From Nanobdellota archaeon (GTDB taxonomy: Archaea > Nanobdellota > Nanobdellia > JAAOXT01), in the NCBI GenBank assembly GCA_018221045.1, contig JAAOXT010000015.1:1-56779 (forward strand): 56,779 nt of DNA, given 5' to 3'. Under the pieces are notes generated by a model that was given only the letters and a program-made list of their open reading frames with translations, was not told where the DNA came from and did no database searches. The first letter of the stretch is position 1. Every line of letters starts with the position of its first letter. Shown here piece after piece: positions 49,239-56,779 of the stretch. The translations under genes were made by a program, and so were the position numbers.

Positions 49239-49751
49239 TTAGGATGCGTGCCCTTCTTGTACTGTGCAGGTTGCTGTTCCACTTGAGCCTACAGGACTGG
49301 TAAATTTTAGTGAGTAATCAGTGGTGGAATCTATCCCGTTTTTCATTTCGTCGAAACCTACGTTTAGTGTTGTGAAACCGTTTGAGTCAACTGATGCAAG
49401 ACTGGTGGTATTGGTTTCCAAGTCGTTTCCTTCCGAGTTCCTTAGTATGGCGTACCAGGTTCCAGCCTTGATTTTTTCGACTCCATTGTTCTGTATTATC
49501 ACGGTTATGTTTCCTTGCGTTGCGGATCCCGCTGTTTGGTTTCTGCAGATGAGGCTTATAACGCTTAGGCTTGACCCACCGCTTCCTAGGGTTTGACTGA
49601 CTTGCGCGCTGGTAGAAGTTTCTATTTGGGTGCTGAGACTGCTCATCCAGAAGTAAGCTCCTGCCGCGGCGGCTACTGTCATCATGAGCAATAAGACTGT
49701 GGCGATTACGGGGGTTATACCTTTTTTGTTGATTCTAATCACTGGTCTCAT
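49239..49751 (-). CDS. archaeal type IV major pilin
   Basis: NKKG|ITPVIATVLLLMMTVAAAAGAYFW. Confidence 0.92.
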   Translation of the reverse strand: MRPVIRINKKGITPVIATVLLLMMTVAAAAGAYFWMSSLSTQIETSTSAQVSQTLGSGGSSLSVISLICRNQTAGSATQGNITVIIQNNGVEKIKAGTWYAILRNSEGNDLETNTTSLASVDSNGFTTLNVGFDEMKNGIDSTTDYSLKFTSPVGSSGTATCTVQEGHAS

Positions 49752-49754
49752 TTG

Positions 49755-50240
49755 TCATCCTATATTAGGAGGTTTTGGGTATTTAGTTGTTTCTGGAGTG
49801 GGAAGAGGTTGCTTTAAGGAAGGTTCTATCGAAACAGGTTCTTCTAATGGAGTGGATTGCTCAAATGATGAGCTGGCTTGTTCGTTGAGGGTTTTGAGCT
49901 GGGATATTATTTCATCCAATTTTTTCGGAAATTCTTCGCCACTTTTTTCTTCTTCATCTTCTTCTTCGCTGGCCATCTTGAGTAGGTCGACCATTTCAGT
50001 TATTTGCTCGACCATGTCACTGATTTTTATCATTAATTCAACCATTTTTGATTGTAGGGAAATGTTCATTCCTGCTAGTTTGCTTATTTGCACGCTTAAT
50101 TCGCTTATCCCGATGCGAAGGTCCATCATGTTTATGTCAGGGACTGTTTCTTCATTTTCTTCTTTTTCCATTTTAGCGAGTTCTTCTTGTATGGATTTTA
50201 AGGGAGATAAACTTAAATCAGAGTATTTTTTTTTAGCCAT
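49755..50240 (-). CDS. coiled-coil protein heading the pilus operon
   Basis: Heptad-like central helix, acidic linker and Pro-rich tail. 3-nt gap to the pilin gene. Confidence 0.65.
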   Translation of the reverse strand: MAKKKYSDLSLSPLKSIQEELAKMEKEENEETVPDINMMDLRIGISELSVQISKLAGMNISLQSKMVELMIKISDMVEQITEMVDLLKMASEEEDEEEKSGEEFPKKLDEIISQLKTLNEQASSSFEQSTPLEEPVSIEPSLKQPLPTPETTKYPKPPNIG

Positions 50241-50336
50241 GATTACTGCTTTATTAGAATGAAAATGGTTCTTAATAAAGTTTTGTTGTGAGCTTTTTCG
50301 TAACTCTTAAATAATGCTAGAGTGGTTTTGGAATTA

Positions 50337-51035
50337 ATGAAAATTGACACTCATGTTCACACTGTTTACGGCTCGTTCAGCGAAAAATATTGTTCTCATA
50401 GAACTGGAGGGCTTGAAGTACTGGACAGCGCTGTTGAAAAAGGTTTGGATGCGGTAGTTCTTATGGATAAATTTTTACCTTTAGAATCTTATGATTATGT
50501 GAGTTCTCAGAATGATTCTGGATTGAAAGTTTTTCTGGGTCAGGAAGTTATGTGCCCTGAATGCCATGTAGGAGTTATCCCGAGGTCTTTGGATTTTATT
50601 CCTTTTGAACCAACATCTTCTGTTGATGAAGTCCTATCGAGTGATCAAGAATTAGTTTTTATCCTTTTTCATCCATTGTTTGTTTGGGATTTTGCGGAGG
50701 AAAGAGCTGACCCGATAGGTTTTGATGGGGTGGAATTGTACAACGCTCAAGTTCCAGCAGTGTTTTCTTCAAGGAACATTATGAGGACTTACGAGACGTT
50801 TAAAGGGTTTCGCGGTTTTTCAAACCCGTTTTTTGGTTTAACAGCTGGTTCTGATAATCATGACAGCAAATTGAGTGGATTGCACACTGTTTTTCCGGAA
50901 ATTAGTTCTCAGCAAGAGTTGTTCGAGGCGGTTAAGCAAGGTAAATTTTATCCTGTGTCTAAAACCATTCCTTTTTATAGGACTCAGCAGAATGTTAGCA
51001 TGATTGCTGATTACTTTTCCGTTAAATTTAAATGA
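50337..51035 (+). CDS. PHP-domain protein
   Basis: IDTHVHT, GQEV...H, FHP, VELYN and AGSDNH. Confidence 0.82.
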   Translation: MKIDTHVHTVYGSFSEKYCSHRTGGLEVLDSAVEKGLDAVVLMDKFLPLESYDYVSSQNDSGLKVFLGQEVMCPECHVGVIPRSLDFIPFEPTSSVDEVLSSDQELVFILFHPLFVWDFAEERADPIGFDGVELYNAQVPAVFSSRNIMRTYETFKGFRGFSNPFFGLTAGSDNHDSKLSGLHTVFPEISSQQELFEAVKQGKFYPVSKTIPFYRTQQNVSMIADYFSVKFK

Positions 51036-51061
51036 ATTTTTTTTTAAAATAAAAAGCTTTT

Positions 51062-52696
51062 TTACATCATTCCGCCCATGCCTCCCATGCCTTGTGGGGG
51101 CATTGGTGGCATGCTCGTCTTGCTGGCAGCTATGACGTCGTCGATGCGCAAAATCATTATTGAGACTTCGCTTGCGGACTGTACTGCTTGAGTTTTGACC
51201 TTTAAAGGCTCTATGACCCCTTTTTCCCACATGTCCACTGATTTGTTCATGAAAACGTCGACTCCTGCCCATAAATTGTTTTTTTCGTGTTCTGCTTTGA
51301 GTTGTACTAGCGTGTCGATTGGGTCGAATCCTGCGTTTTCGGCGAGAGTTCTTGGAATGACTTCTAAAGCTTCTGCAAAGGCTTTTACCGCGAGTTGTTC
51401 CCTGCCTTGGAGGGTTTGAGAGTATTTGATTAGTTCTTTGGATACTTCCATTTCTGGCGCGCCGCCGCCTGCAACCACTCTTTTGTCTTTTACCACGCTT
51501 GCCAGGTCGCCCAGCGCGTCTTTCACGGCTCTTTCGACTTCGTCTATTACGTGGTTGGTTCCTCCTCTTACTAAAATGGTGACTGCTTTCGGGTTCTTGC
51601 ATCTGCGTACGAAAGTCATCTCGTCTCCAGCAATTTTTTGCTGTTCTATTAATCCTGCGAAGCCTAGGTCGGTTGTCGTGATTTCTTCCAGGTTGTTCAA
51701 CACTTTTCCGCTAATTGCTTTGGCCAGTTTTTCCATGTCGCTTTTTTTAACCCGTCTTATCGCAAGGATTCCTGCTTTGGACAAGTGGTATTGGGCTATG
51801 TCGTCGATTCCTTTTTGGCAGAAAACCACGTTCGCCCCGCTTTTCTTGACTTTTTCAACCATTTCTTTGAGCATTTTTTCTTCTTGCTCCACGAATTCTT
51901 GTAGTTGTGTGGGGCTTGTAATGTTTATTTTAGCGTCGGTTTCTGGTTCTTTGACTTCCAGTGCCGTGTCGAGTAATAGTATTTTGGCTTTCTCAACTTT
52001 TTTGGGCATGTCTGAGTGAACGCCTTCTTTGTCTATTAATAACCCGTTGATGAGTTCTGAGTCGTCAATGCCGCCGCCCGTTTTTTTCTCGACTTTTATG
52101 TTGTCAAGGTCGAGCGTGTAGCCGTCCCCGTCTTTTTCGGTTACTTGTTTTATCGCTGTCACGAGTATTTTTGAGAGTTTGTCTTTGCTCATTTCAGCGT
52201 TTTTTCCGGTCATCGCGGTGATAGCAATTTTTTCGAGAATGTCTGTGTCGTTGACGTCAATGATTTTTCCTATTTTGTTGAGTATTTCTATGGCTTTTTC
52301 GCTGGCCATCCTGTATCCTTTGGAAATGACGCTGGAGTGAATGTTTTGGTCTAGCAAGTCTTCTGCTTTTTTGAGCAGTTCCCCGGCTATGACTACTGAC
52401 GTTGTCGTGCCGTCACCAACTTCTTCTTCTTGGGTTTTTGCTATTTCGACCATCATTTTAGCTGCTGGGTGTTCGATTTCCATTTCTTCTAGGATTGTTA
52501 CCCCGTCATTGGTTACTACGACGTCTCCTAATGAGTCTACGAGCATTTTGTCCATGCCTTTTGGCCCGAGAGTTGTTCGAACAGTGTCAGCAATAACTCT
52601 TGCTGCTAGGATGTTTGTTCTTTGAGCGTTCCTTCCCATATTTCTTTGAAACCCTTCTGGTAGGACGATGATTGGTTGGTTTGTTCCGTTTGTCAT
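51062..52696 (-). CDS. ths: thermosome subunit (group II chaperonin)
   Basis: [30 protein letters not shown] and a GGM tail. Confidence 0.98.
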   Translation of the reverse strand: MTNGTNQPIIVLPEGFQRNMGRNAQRTNILAARVIADTVRTTLGPKGMDKMLVDSLGDVVVTNDGVTILEEMEIEHPAAKMMVEIAKTQEEEVGDGTTTSVVIAGELLKKAEDLLDQNIHSSVISKGYRMASEKAIEILNKIGKIIDVNDTDILEKIAITAMTGKNAEMSKDKLSKILVTAIKQVTEKDGDGYTLDLDNIKVEKKTGGGIDDSELINGLLIDKEGVHSDMPKKVEKAKILLLDTALEVKEPETDAKINITSPTQLQEFVEQEEKMLKEMVEKVKKSGANVVFCQKGIDDIAQYHLSKAGILAIRRVKKSDMEKLAKAISGKVLNNLEEITTTDLGFAGLIEQQKIAGDEMTFVRRCKNPKAVTILVRGGTNHVIDEVERAVKDALGDLASVVKDKRVVAGGGAPEMEVSKELIKYSQTLQGREQLAVKAFAEALEVIPRTLAENAGFDPIDTLVQLKAEHEKNNLWAGVDVFMNKSVDMWEKGVIEPLKVKTQAVQSASEVSIMILRIDDVIAASKTSMPPMPPQGMGGMGGMM

Positions 52697-52822
52697 TTTT
52701 AATTATTCACCTTTTTTTTATTATTGAGCATTAAAGATTTTTTATTTTTGTTTTGGAATTGGAATGAAGCAGGGTTTTTAAAGGTTTTTGGTTTTTACGT
52801 GTGGTTAAGTAGCCTTTTTTTT

Positions 52823-53494
52823 TTATTCGTTTTTGACCAGGAATAATGAGTGGTCTTTTTCAAATGGTTCTAAGCGTTTTTTGTCAATTATTTTAAAGTG
52901 CTTTCTTAACTCTTTTTCGACTTCATCGAACACGGTTTGCGGTTTTTTGGTCACGTCAATGCTCCTGGCTTTTACAGCTATCATTGCGTAACCCCCTTTT
53001 TTGAGGAAGCGCTTGTTTTTGATGAAAATTCTTGCCTGATCTTTTTGAGCGATGTCTTGGAAGATGAAGTCTGCTTGCACCACTAAGTTCTCGTAGTTCT
53101 TTGTTAACGCGGCGCTTTCAAGAATTGGAGCCAAGTTCTTTCTTTCTTCGGCGAGGAACACGAGGTCTCTCATAACTCTTGGCGCGATTTCAACGCAGTA
53201 CACTAATCCCGATGACCCCACTATGTCTGATACGTGGCTCACAGTGGTTCCGCTAGCGCTTCCCAAGTAAAGCACGATGTTTCCCTGGTTTATAGGTATT
53301 TTTTTGATTCCTTTGTGTATGGCTGCGCCCAGCTTGCTTCGATTCGGATTCCAAACCCGGTACTCCTTGTTTTTTACTTTCAGAACGGGTTCTCCATAAA
53401 CCGTTTTTCCAGGAGTCAAGTTTTTCGTTGCAAGAACTTTTCTTTTCTTGTTTAGAATCCATAAACAGTTGTCAACCACGCGGGAAACTTTCAT
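52823..53494 (-). CDS. flpA: fibrillarin rRNA/tRNA 2'-O-methyltransferase
   Basis: EYRVWNPNRSKLGA, LYLGSASGTTVSHVSD, DIAQ and KARSID. Confidence 0.97.
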   Translation of the reverse strand: MKVSRVVDNCLWILNKKRKVLATKNLTPGKTVYGEPVLKVKNKEYRVWNPNRSKLGAAIHKGIKKIPINQGNIVLYLGSASGTTVSHVSDIVGSSGLVYCVEIAPRVMRDLVFLAEERKNLAPILESAALTKNYENLVVQADFIFQDIAQKDQARIFIKNKRFLKKGGYAMIAVKARSIDVTKKPQTVFDEVEKELRKHFKIIDKKRLEPFEKDHSLFLVKNE

Positions 53495-54453
53495 TTCAGT
53501 TTTTCCTCTAATTCTTTAATGAGTTTTTTACTAATATCCTTTTTATCAGGGCTGAAGTAATCAACTTTTGTCGCCGTCACTATTTTGCTGGCAAGCGCTC
53601 GCGCCATGCGACCCCTGTCTTTTCTGCTTGCTTTTTGCATTAGGGGGTGTTGCAGGATTACTCCATGCTTCGGAGGTTTTGCGCCGGTTCTTAAATGTCT
53701 GAACAATGCTTTTTCGGCTCCGAGCACTTGCACTGTGCTTGAGCTCATAAAAGCCAGTTTTTTCAGGCTTCCAGCAATGCTTAAGAGTTTGGATCCGAGT
53801 GAAGGGGTGGCGACTTTTGACAGGTTTGGAACAATTTTTTCCATGCTTGTTTCCATGTCAGCGCGCATTTCTTCCCGAGTTTTTATCAATTGATTGCAGG
53901 ATTCAGCAAATTTTTGGATTATTTTCGTGTTCATGTCATCAGCACCCATACCTGTTTTAGGGCTTCCAGTTTTCTTGGATACATGGATTCTTTCAGGGTT
54001 TTCCGAAAGTATTTTGAACATTTTGTCCATGTTGCCTATTTTTTTTAAGCTTTCAGGATAGTGGAGCCCGTACCATTCAGTTATTCGCTCGTACAGCTTG
54101 TTGATGGTGTTGTTGATGTCTTCAATAGCATTGGCTAATTGGATTATTTCTAAGTCTTTGGAATAACTGTTTTTTATCCTGATTTTGGTTAACTCCAAGC
54201 AGAACTTGTTCATGTATTCCGAGAATTCATGGGAAGTTTGAAATTTTTGTTTTACAACACTTTTATCTGGTTCTTCAGGAATTATTTCAAATTTTTCGAG
54301 GGTTTTCTTAAACTCTTCTTTTAAATCCTTATCTTTACCTTCAGAGTACTCTTTAGGGGTTATACTGACATCTTTTTTTTTAAGAACCTTTCCTTGAGGA
54401 GTTATGGCGTAAAGTCCGAAAGGAAAGGTTTTAATCATTGCACGCTGGGTCAT
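53491..54453 (-). CDS. nop5: Nop5 (Nop56/58) box C/D RNP protein
   Basis: EWYGLHYPE, PNL, STVQVLGAEKALF and PKHG. Confidence 0.95.
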   Translation of the reverse strand: MTQRAMIKTFPFGLYAITPQGKVLKKKDVSITPKEYSEGKDKDLKEEFKKTLEKFEIIPEEPDKSVVKQKFQTSHEFSEYMNKFCLELTKIRIKNSYSKDLEIIQLANAIEDINNTINKLYERITEWYGLHYPESLKKIGNMDKMFKILSENPERIHVSKKTGSPKTGMGADDMNTKIIQKFAESCNQLIKTREEMRADMETSMEKIVPNLSKVATPSLGSKLLSIAGSLKKLAFMSSSTVQVLGAEKALFRHLRTGAKPPKHGVILQHPLMQKASRKDRGRMARALASKIVTATKVDYFSPDKKDISKKLIKELEEKLK

Positions 54454-54500
54454 TGAAATAACTAAAAATTTATATTAGCTTAAATACTTATTGAGTTACT

Positions 54501-55190
54501 ATGACGGTTAGGATTTCAACAGGCATTTCTGGAATGGATAAACTCATTGAAGGAGGTTTCAATGTTGGCGACATAATTCTTATTTCAGGGGGCACGGGTA
54601 CAGGTAAAACAATTTTTGGACTTCAGTTCCTTTATAACAATAAGGATTTTAATGGTCTTTACATATCTTTTGAGGAGAGCAAGGAAGATTTGTTCAGGGA
54701 TGGAAAACAGTTCGGCTGGGATTTAGAGGGGATGGAGAAGGCAGGTAAACTGAAAGTCGTTTATTATCCTCCTTTCGAGTTTGATAAACTATTAGACCAA
54801 TTAGAAGACATCATTGTTAAGACAAAAGCTAAACGAATCGTGATTGATTCAGCAAGCATTTTCGGCCTTTACGTTAAGGACTTGTACGAGCTTAGAAGGA
54901 AAATATACAAGCTGTCCAAAGTGATAAAGAAAACGGGTTGTACTTGTCTTGTCATCAGCGAGATTGTTGGCGAATCCTCTTCTGAATCAATTGCTGGTAA
55001 GTACTCGCGTTTCGGCGTCGAGGAGTTCGTCGCTGATGGAGTGATAATCTTTCATTACACAGGTTTGGGGGGGGACTTTGACAGGACGGTTCAAGTCCTC
55101 AAAATGAGGAGAACAAATCAGAAGAGGGGACTGTTTCCCATGAAAATTGGTAAGAAAGGTATTGTGGTGAAGCCGAACGTTTCTGGATGA
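54501..55190 (+). CDS. single-domain KaiC-like/RecA-superfamily ATPase
   Basis: STGISGMDKLIEGG, GGTGTGKT, SFEES, RIVIDS, ADGVI and KMRRT. Confidence 0.9.
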   Translation: MTVRISTGISGMDKLIEGGFNVGDIILISGGTGTGKTIFGLQFLYNNKDFNGLYISFEESKEDLFRDGKQFGWDLEGMEKAGKLKVVYYPPFEFDKLLDQLEDIIVKTKAKRIVIDSASIFGLYVKDLYELRRKIYKLSKVIKKTGCTCLVISEIVGESSSESIAGKYSRFGVEEFVADGVIIFHYTGLGGDFDRTVQVLKMRRTNQKRGLFPMKIGKKGIVVKPNVSG

Positions 55191-55194
55191 TTAA

Positions 55195-55593
55195 ATGAGG
55201 TCGGACAATCAGAGCGCGAGAATAAGGAATTACGCTATTGCTGGTTTTTGTATTGTCCTCGCGGTTCTGGCAGTGACGTCATTTTTGAAAATATTGTCGT
55301 TGGGTCTTGAAGCACCGCAGATTAATACTCGGTCGGAGTGCAGTAACGATTCTGCCAACGTTTTTATTGGCGCGAACGAAGACCTTAAAAACGTGAAATG
55401 TGTTGCTCTTGATAAGGAATTCTTTGACATATCGGAAATCGTTATAGGGGATTTATCGAAGAACGATGAAGATGTTTGCAGGTTCAAGTTGTCAAAAAAT
55501 ACGACGGAGCCGTTAAGATTTGAAGTGCAGTATAATGGTAAAGTCAAGAGAGAGGTTTGCGAATGGCAACATTACCCTAGGTATGCGGATTAA
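55195..55593 (+). CDS. membrane-anchored hypothetical protein
   Basis: N-terminal TM followed by a Cys-containing beta-rich domain. Begins 4 nt after the ATPase stop. Confidence 0.6.
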   Translation: MRSDNQSARIRNYAIAGFCIVLAVLAVTSFLKILSLGLEAPQINTRSECSNDSANVFIGANEDLKNVKCVALDKEFFDISEIVIGDLSKNDEDVCRFKLSKNTTEPLRFEVQYNGKVKREVCEWQHYPRYAD

Positions 55594-55656
55594 CTCTTAA
55601 ATACGGGCAGAACCATTAGTTTTATAAATTAACGAATATGTAGGTTGCAAGAAAAA

Positions 55657-55935
55657 ATGAAGGTTGAAGTCATAACTGATAAGAAAAACGAGCTTAAGTT
55701 TAAGATAAGCGGTGCTGACCCTCATTCTTTCTGCAATCTTTTGAGAGTGGAGTTATTGGAAGACTTGGACGTGATCACCGCGGGTTATATGAAAGAACAC
55801 CCTTTGTATGATTACGCGATTTTTACTCTTAAAACAAAAAATAAGAAGCCGATAACAGTTCTGAAAGCAGGTATTAAAAAAATAGTTAAGGATTTAGACG
55901 TTTTTGAGAAAAAAGTTAAGGCAGTCGTGAAATAA
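55657..55935 (+). CDS. rpoL: RNA polymerase subunit L (Rpo11)
   Basis: HSFCNLLR.EL...AGY..EHPL...I..LK. Confidence 0.92.
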   Translation: MKVEVITDKKNELKFKISGADPHSFCNLLRVELLEDLDVITAGYMKEHPLYDYAIFTLKTKNKKPITVLKAGIKKIVKDLDVFEKKVKAVVK

Positions 55936-56029
55936 AAAGAGTTTTTTTCAGCGTTTGACTATCAAATGATTTAATTGAAAGCGAGGAAAAGCTTTAATTA
56001 CTGCTGATTTTTATTAGTTTGATTTTAGG

Positions 56030-56614
56030 ATGAAATTGAAAAAATCTTTAAAGAAATTTTGGGATTTCTTATGGCATGGGGAGAGCGTTTGGTCTTACCT
56101 CGCGTTCATAATATTTAGTTTCATAACCTTGTCAATTCTTTACCAATTATTCTTGTTCTTTCTCGGTTTTTTCGGGGTTGAAGACTTGTTCGTCGTAATC
56201 ACTGGCAGCATGCTCCATTCAGGGGACATTGAGAGTCCTTATTATGAATGGATGGAACTGCACGGTTTTAATCGTTCTCAGCTTGACTCCTGGATTTTTT
56301 CTGACGGCTTGAACTTGGGTGATTTGATGGTAATAATGAAAGTCGACCCCGAGGAATTAGAGGTTGGAGACGTGATTGTTTATAACCCGGAGGGGGCGGA
56401 ATACAAAATTATTCACAGAGTAATATTTATAAACGAGAGTGATGGTAACTTGTCTTTCACCACAAAAGGAGACGCTAATTTCGGCGTGCTAAGCTTTGAG
56501 CGAGAACTTTCTTGTAACGAAGTTGTTGGGCGCGCGGAACACCGCGTTCCTTTTGTAGGAATCCCAAAAATGATTGTTACGCGTGTTTGGATGATTATTA
56601 AAGGCGGTGTTTGA
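56030..56614 (+). CDS. signal peptidase I (Sec11 type)
   Basis: VITGSM, GDL, GDVIVY, IIHRV and TKGDAN. Confidence 0.92.
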   Translation: MKLKKSLKKFWDFLWHGESVWSYLAFIIFSFITLSILYQLFLFFLGFFGVEDLFVVITGSMLHSGDIESPYYEWMELHGFNRSQLDSWIFSDGLNLGDLMVIMKVDPEELEVGDVIVYNPEGAEYKIIHRVIFINESDGNLSFTTKGDANFGVLSFERELSCNEVVGRAEHRVPFVGIPKMIVTRVWMIIKGGV

Positions 56615-56621
56615 ACTAAAG

Positions 56622-56779
56622 ATGGAGTTTTGTAAGAAGTGCGAAGGATTGTTAATAAGTTCTGATGGGAAAGTTTTTTGTATGCGTTGCGGGACGAGCA
56701 CTAAGACCAAGTTAAACGTTTTGAAAGAGAAGGGAGTGAGTTCTAAAATCATATTGGTTGTGGACGAAGATTTGGATAA
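56622..56779 (+). CDS. tfs: transcription factor S/RpoM-like, truncated by window end
   Basis: MEFCKKCEGLL...VFCMRCG N-terminal Zn ribbon, near rpoL. Confidence 0.8.
   Translation, partial: MEFCKKCEGLLISSDGKVFCMRCGTSTKTKLNVLKEKGVSSKIILVVDEDLD

Noticed and set aside
49684-52625. Long alternative-frame ORFs (49684..50262, 50838..51602, 51426..52019)
   Set aside because: They are shadow frames of the coiled-coil and thermosome genes with biased composition.

Overview
This is an archaeal chromosome segment, and its compact gene set and divergent rRNA look DPANN-like (taxonomy is inferred, not proven). It holds: (i) a 16S and a 23S rRNA gene on the minus strand, ~5.9 kb apart, with tRNA-Ala(UGC) and about eight protein genes between them, including an oapABC-type GTPase/DUF2073/Zn-ribbon trio; (ii) a 132-nt bulge-helix-bulge (BHB) intron in 23S helix 91 and several substitutions at normally invariant PTC and decoding-site positions; (iii) RNase P RNA and six tRNA loci, including intron-containing Leu(UAG) and a rare Ile(UAU); (iv) porAB, alaS, a split RsmF-like methyltransferase and a stand-alone Ni-CO dehydrogenase (CooS); (v) a TBP-MCM-RPA-aIF2b-aIF1A-Rio1-KH-TopoVI cluster divergent from RFC; (vi) an ~11 kb type IV pilus/adhesin operon with five class III signal-peptide proteins and a TadC-Ig fusion; (vii) thermosome, fibrillarin/Nop5, a KaiC-like ATPase, RpoL, signal peptidase and a truncated TFS. 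No CRISPR array, transposase or integrase was seen. All calls come from reading motifs by eye, with no database searches.
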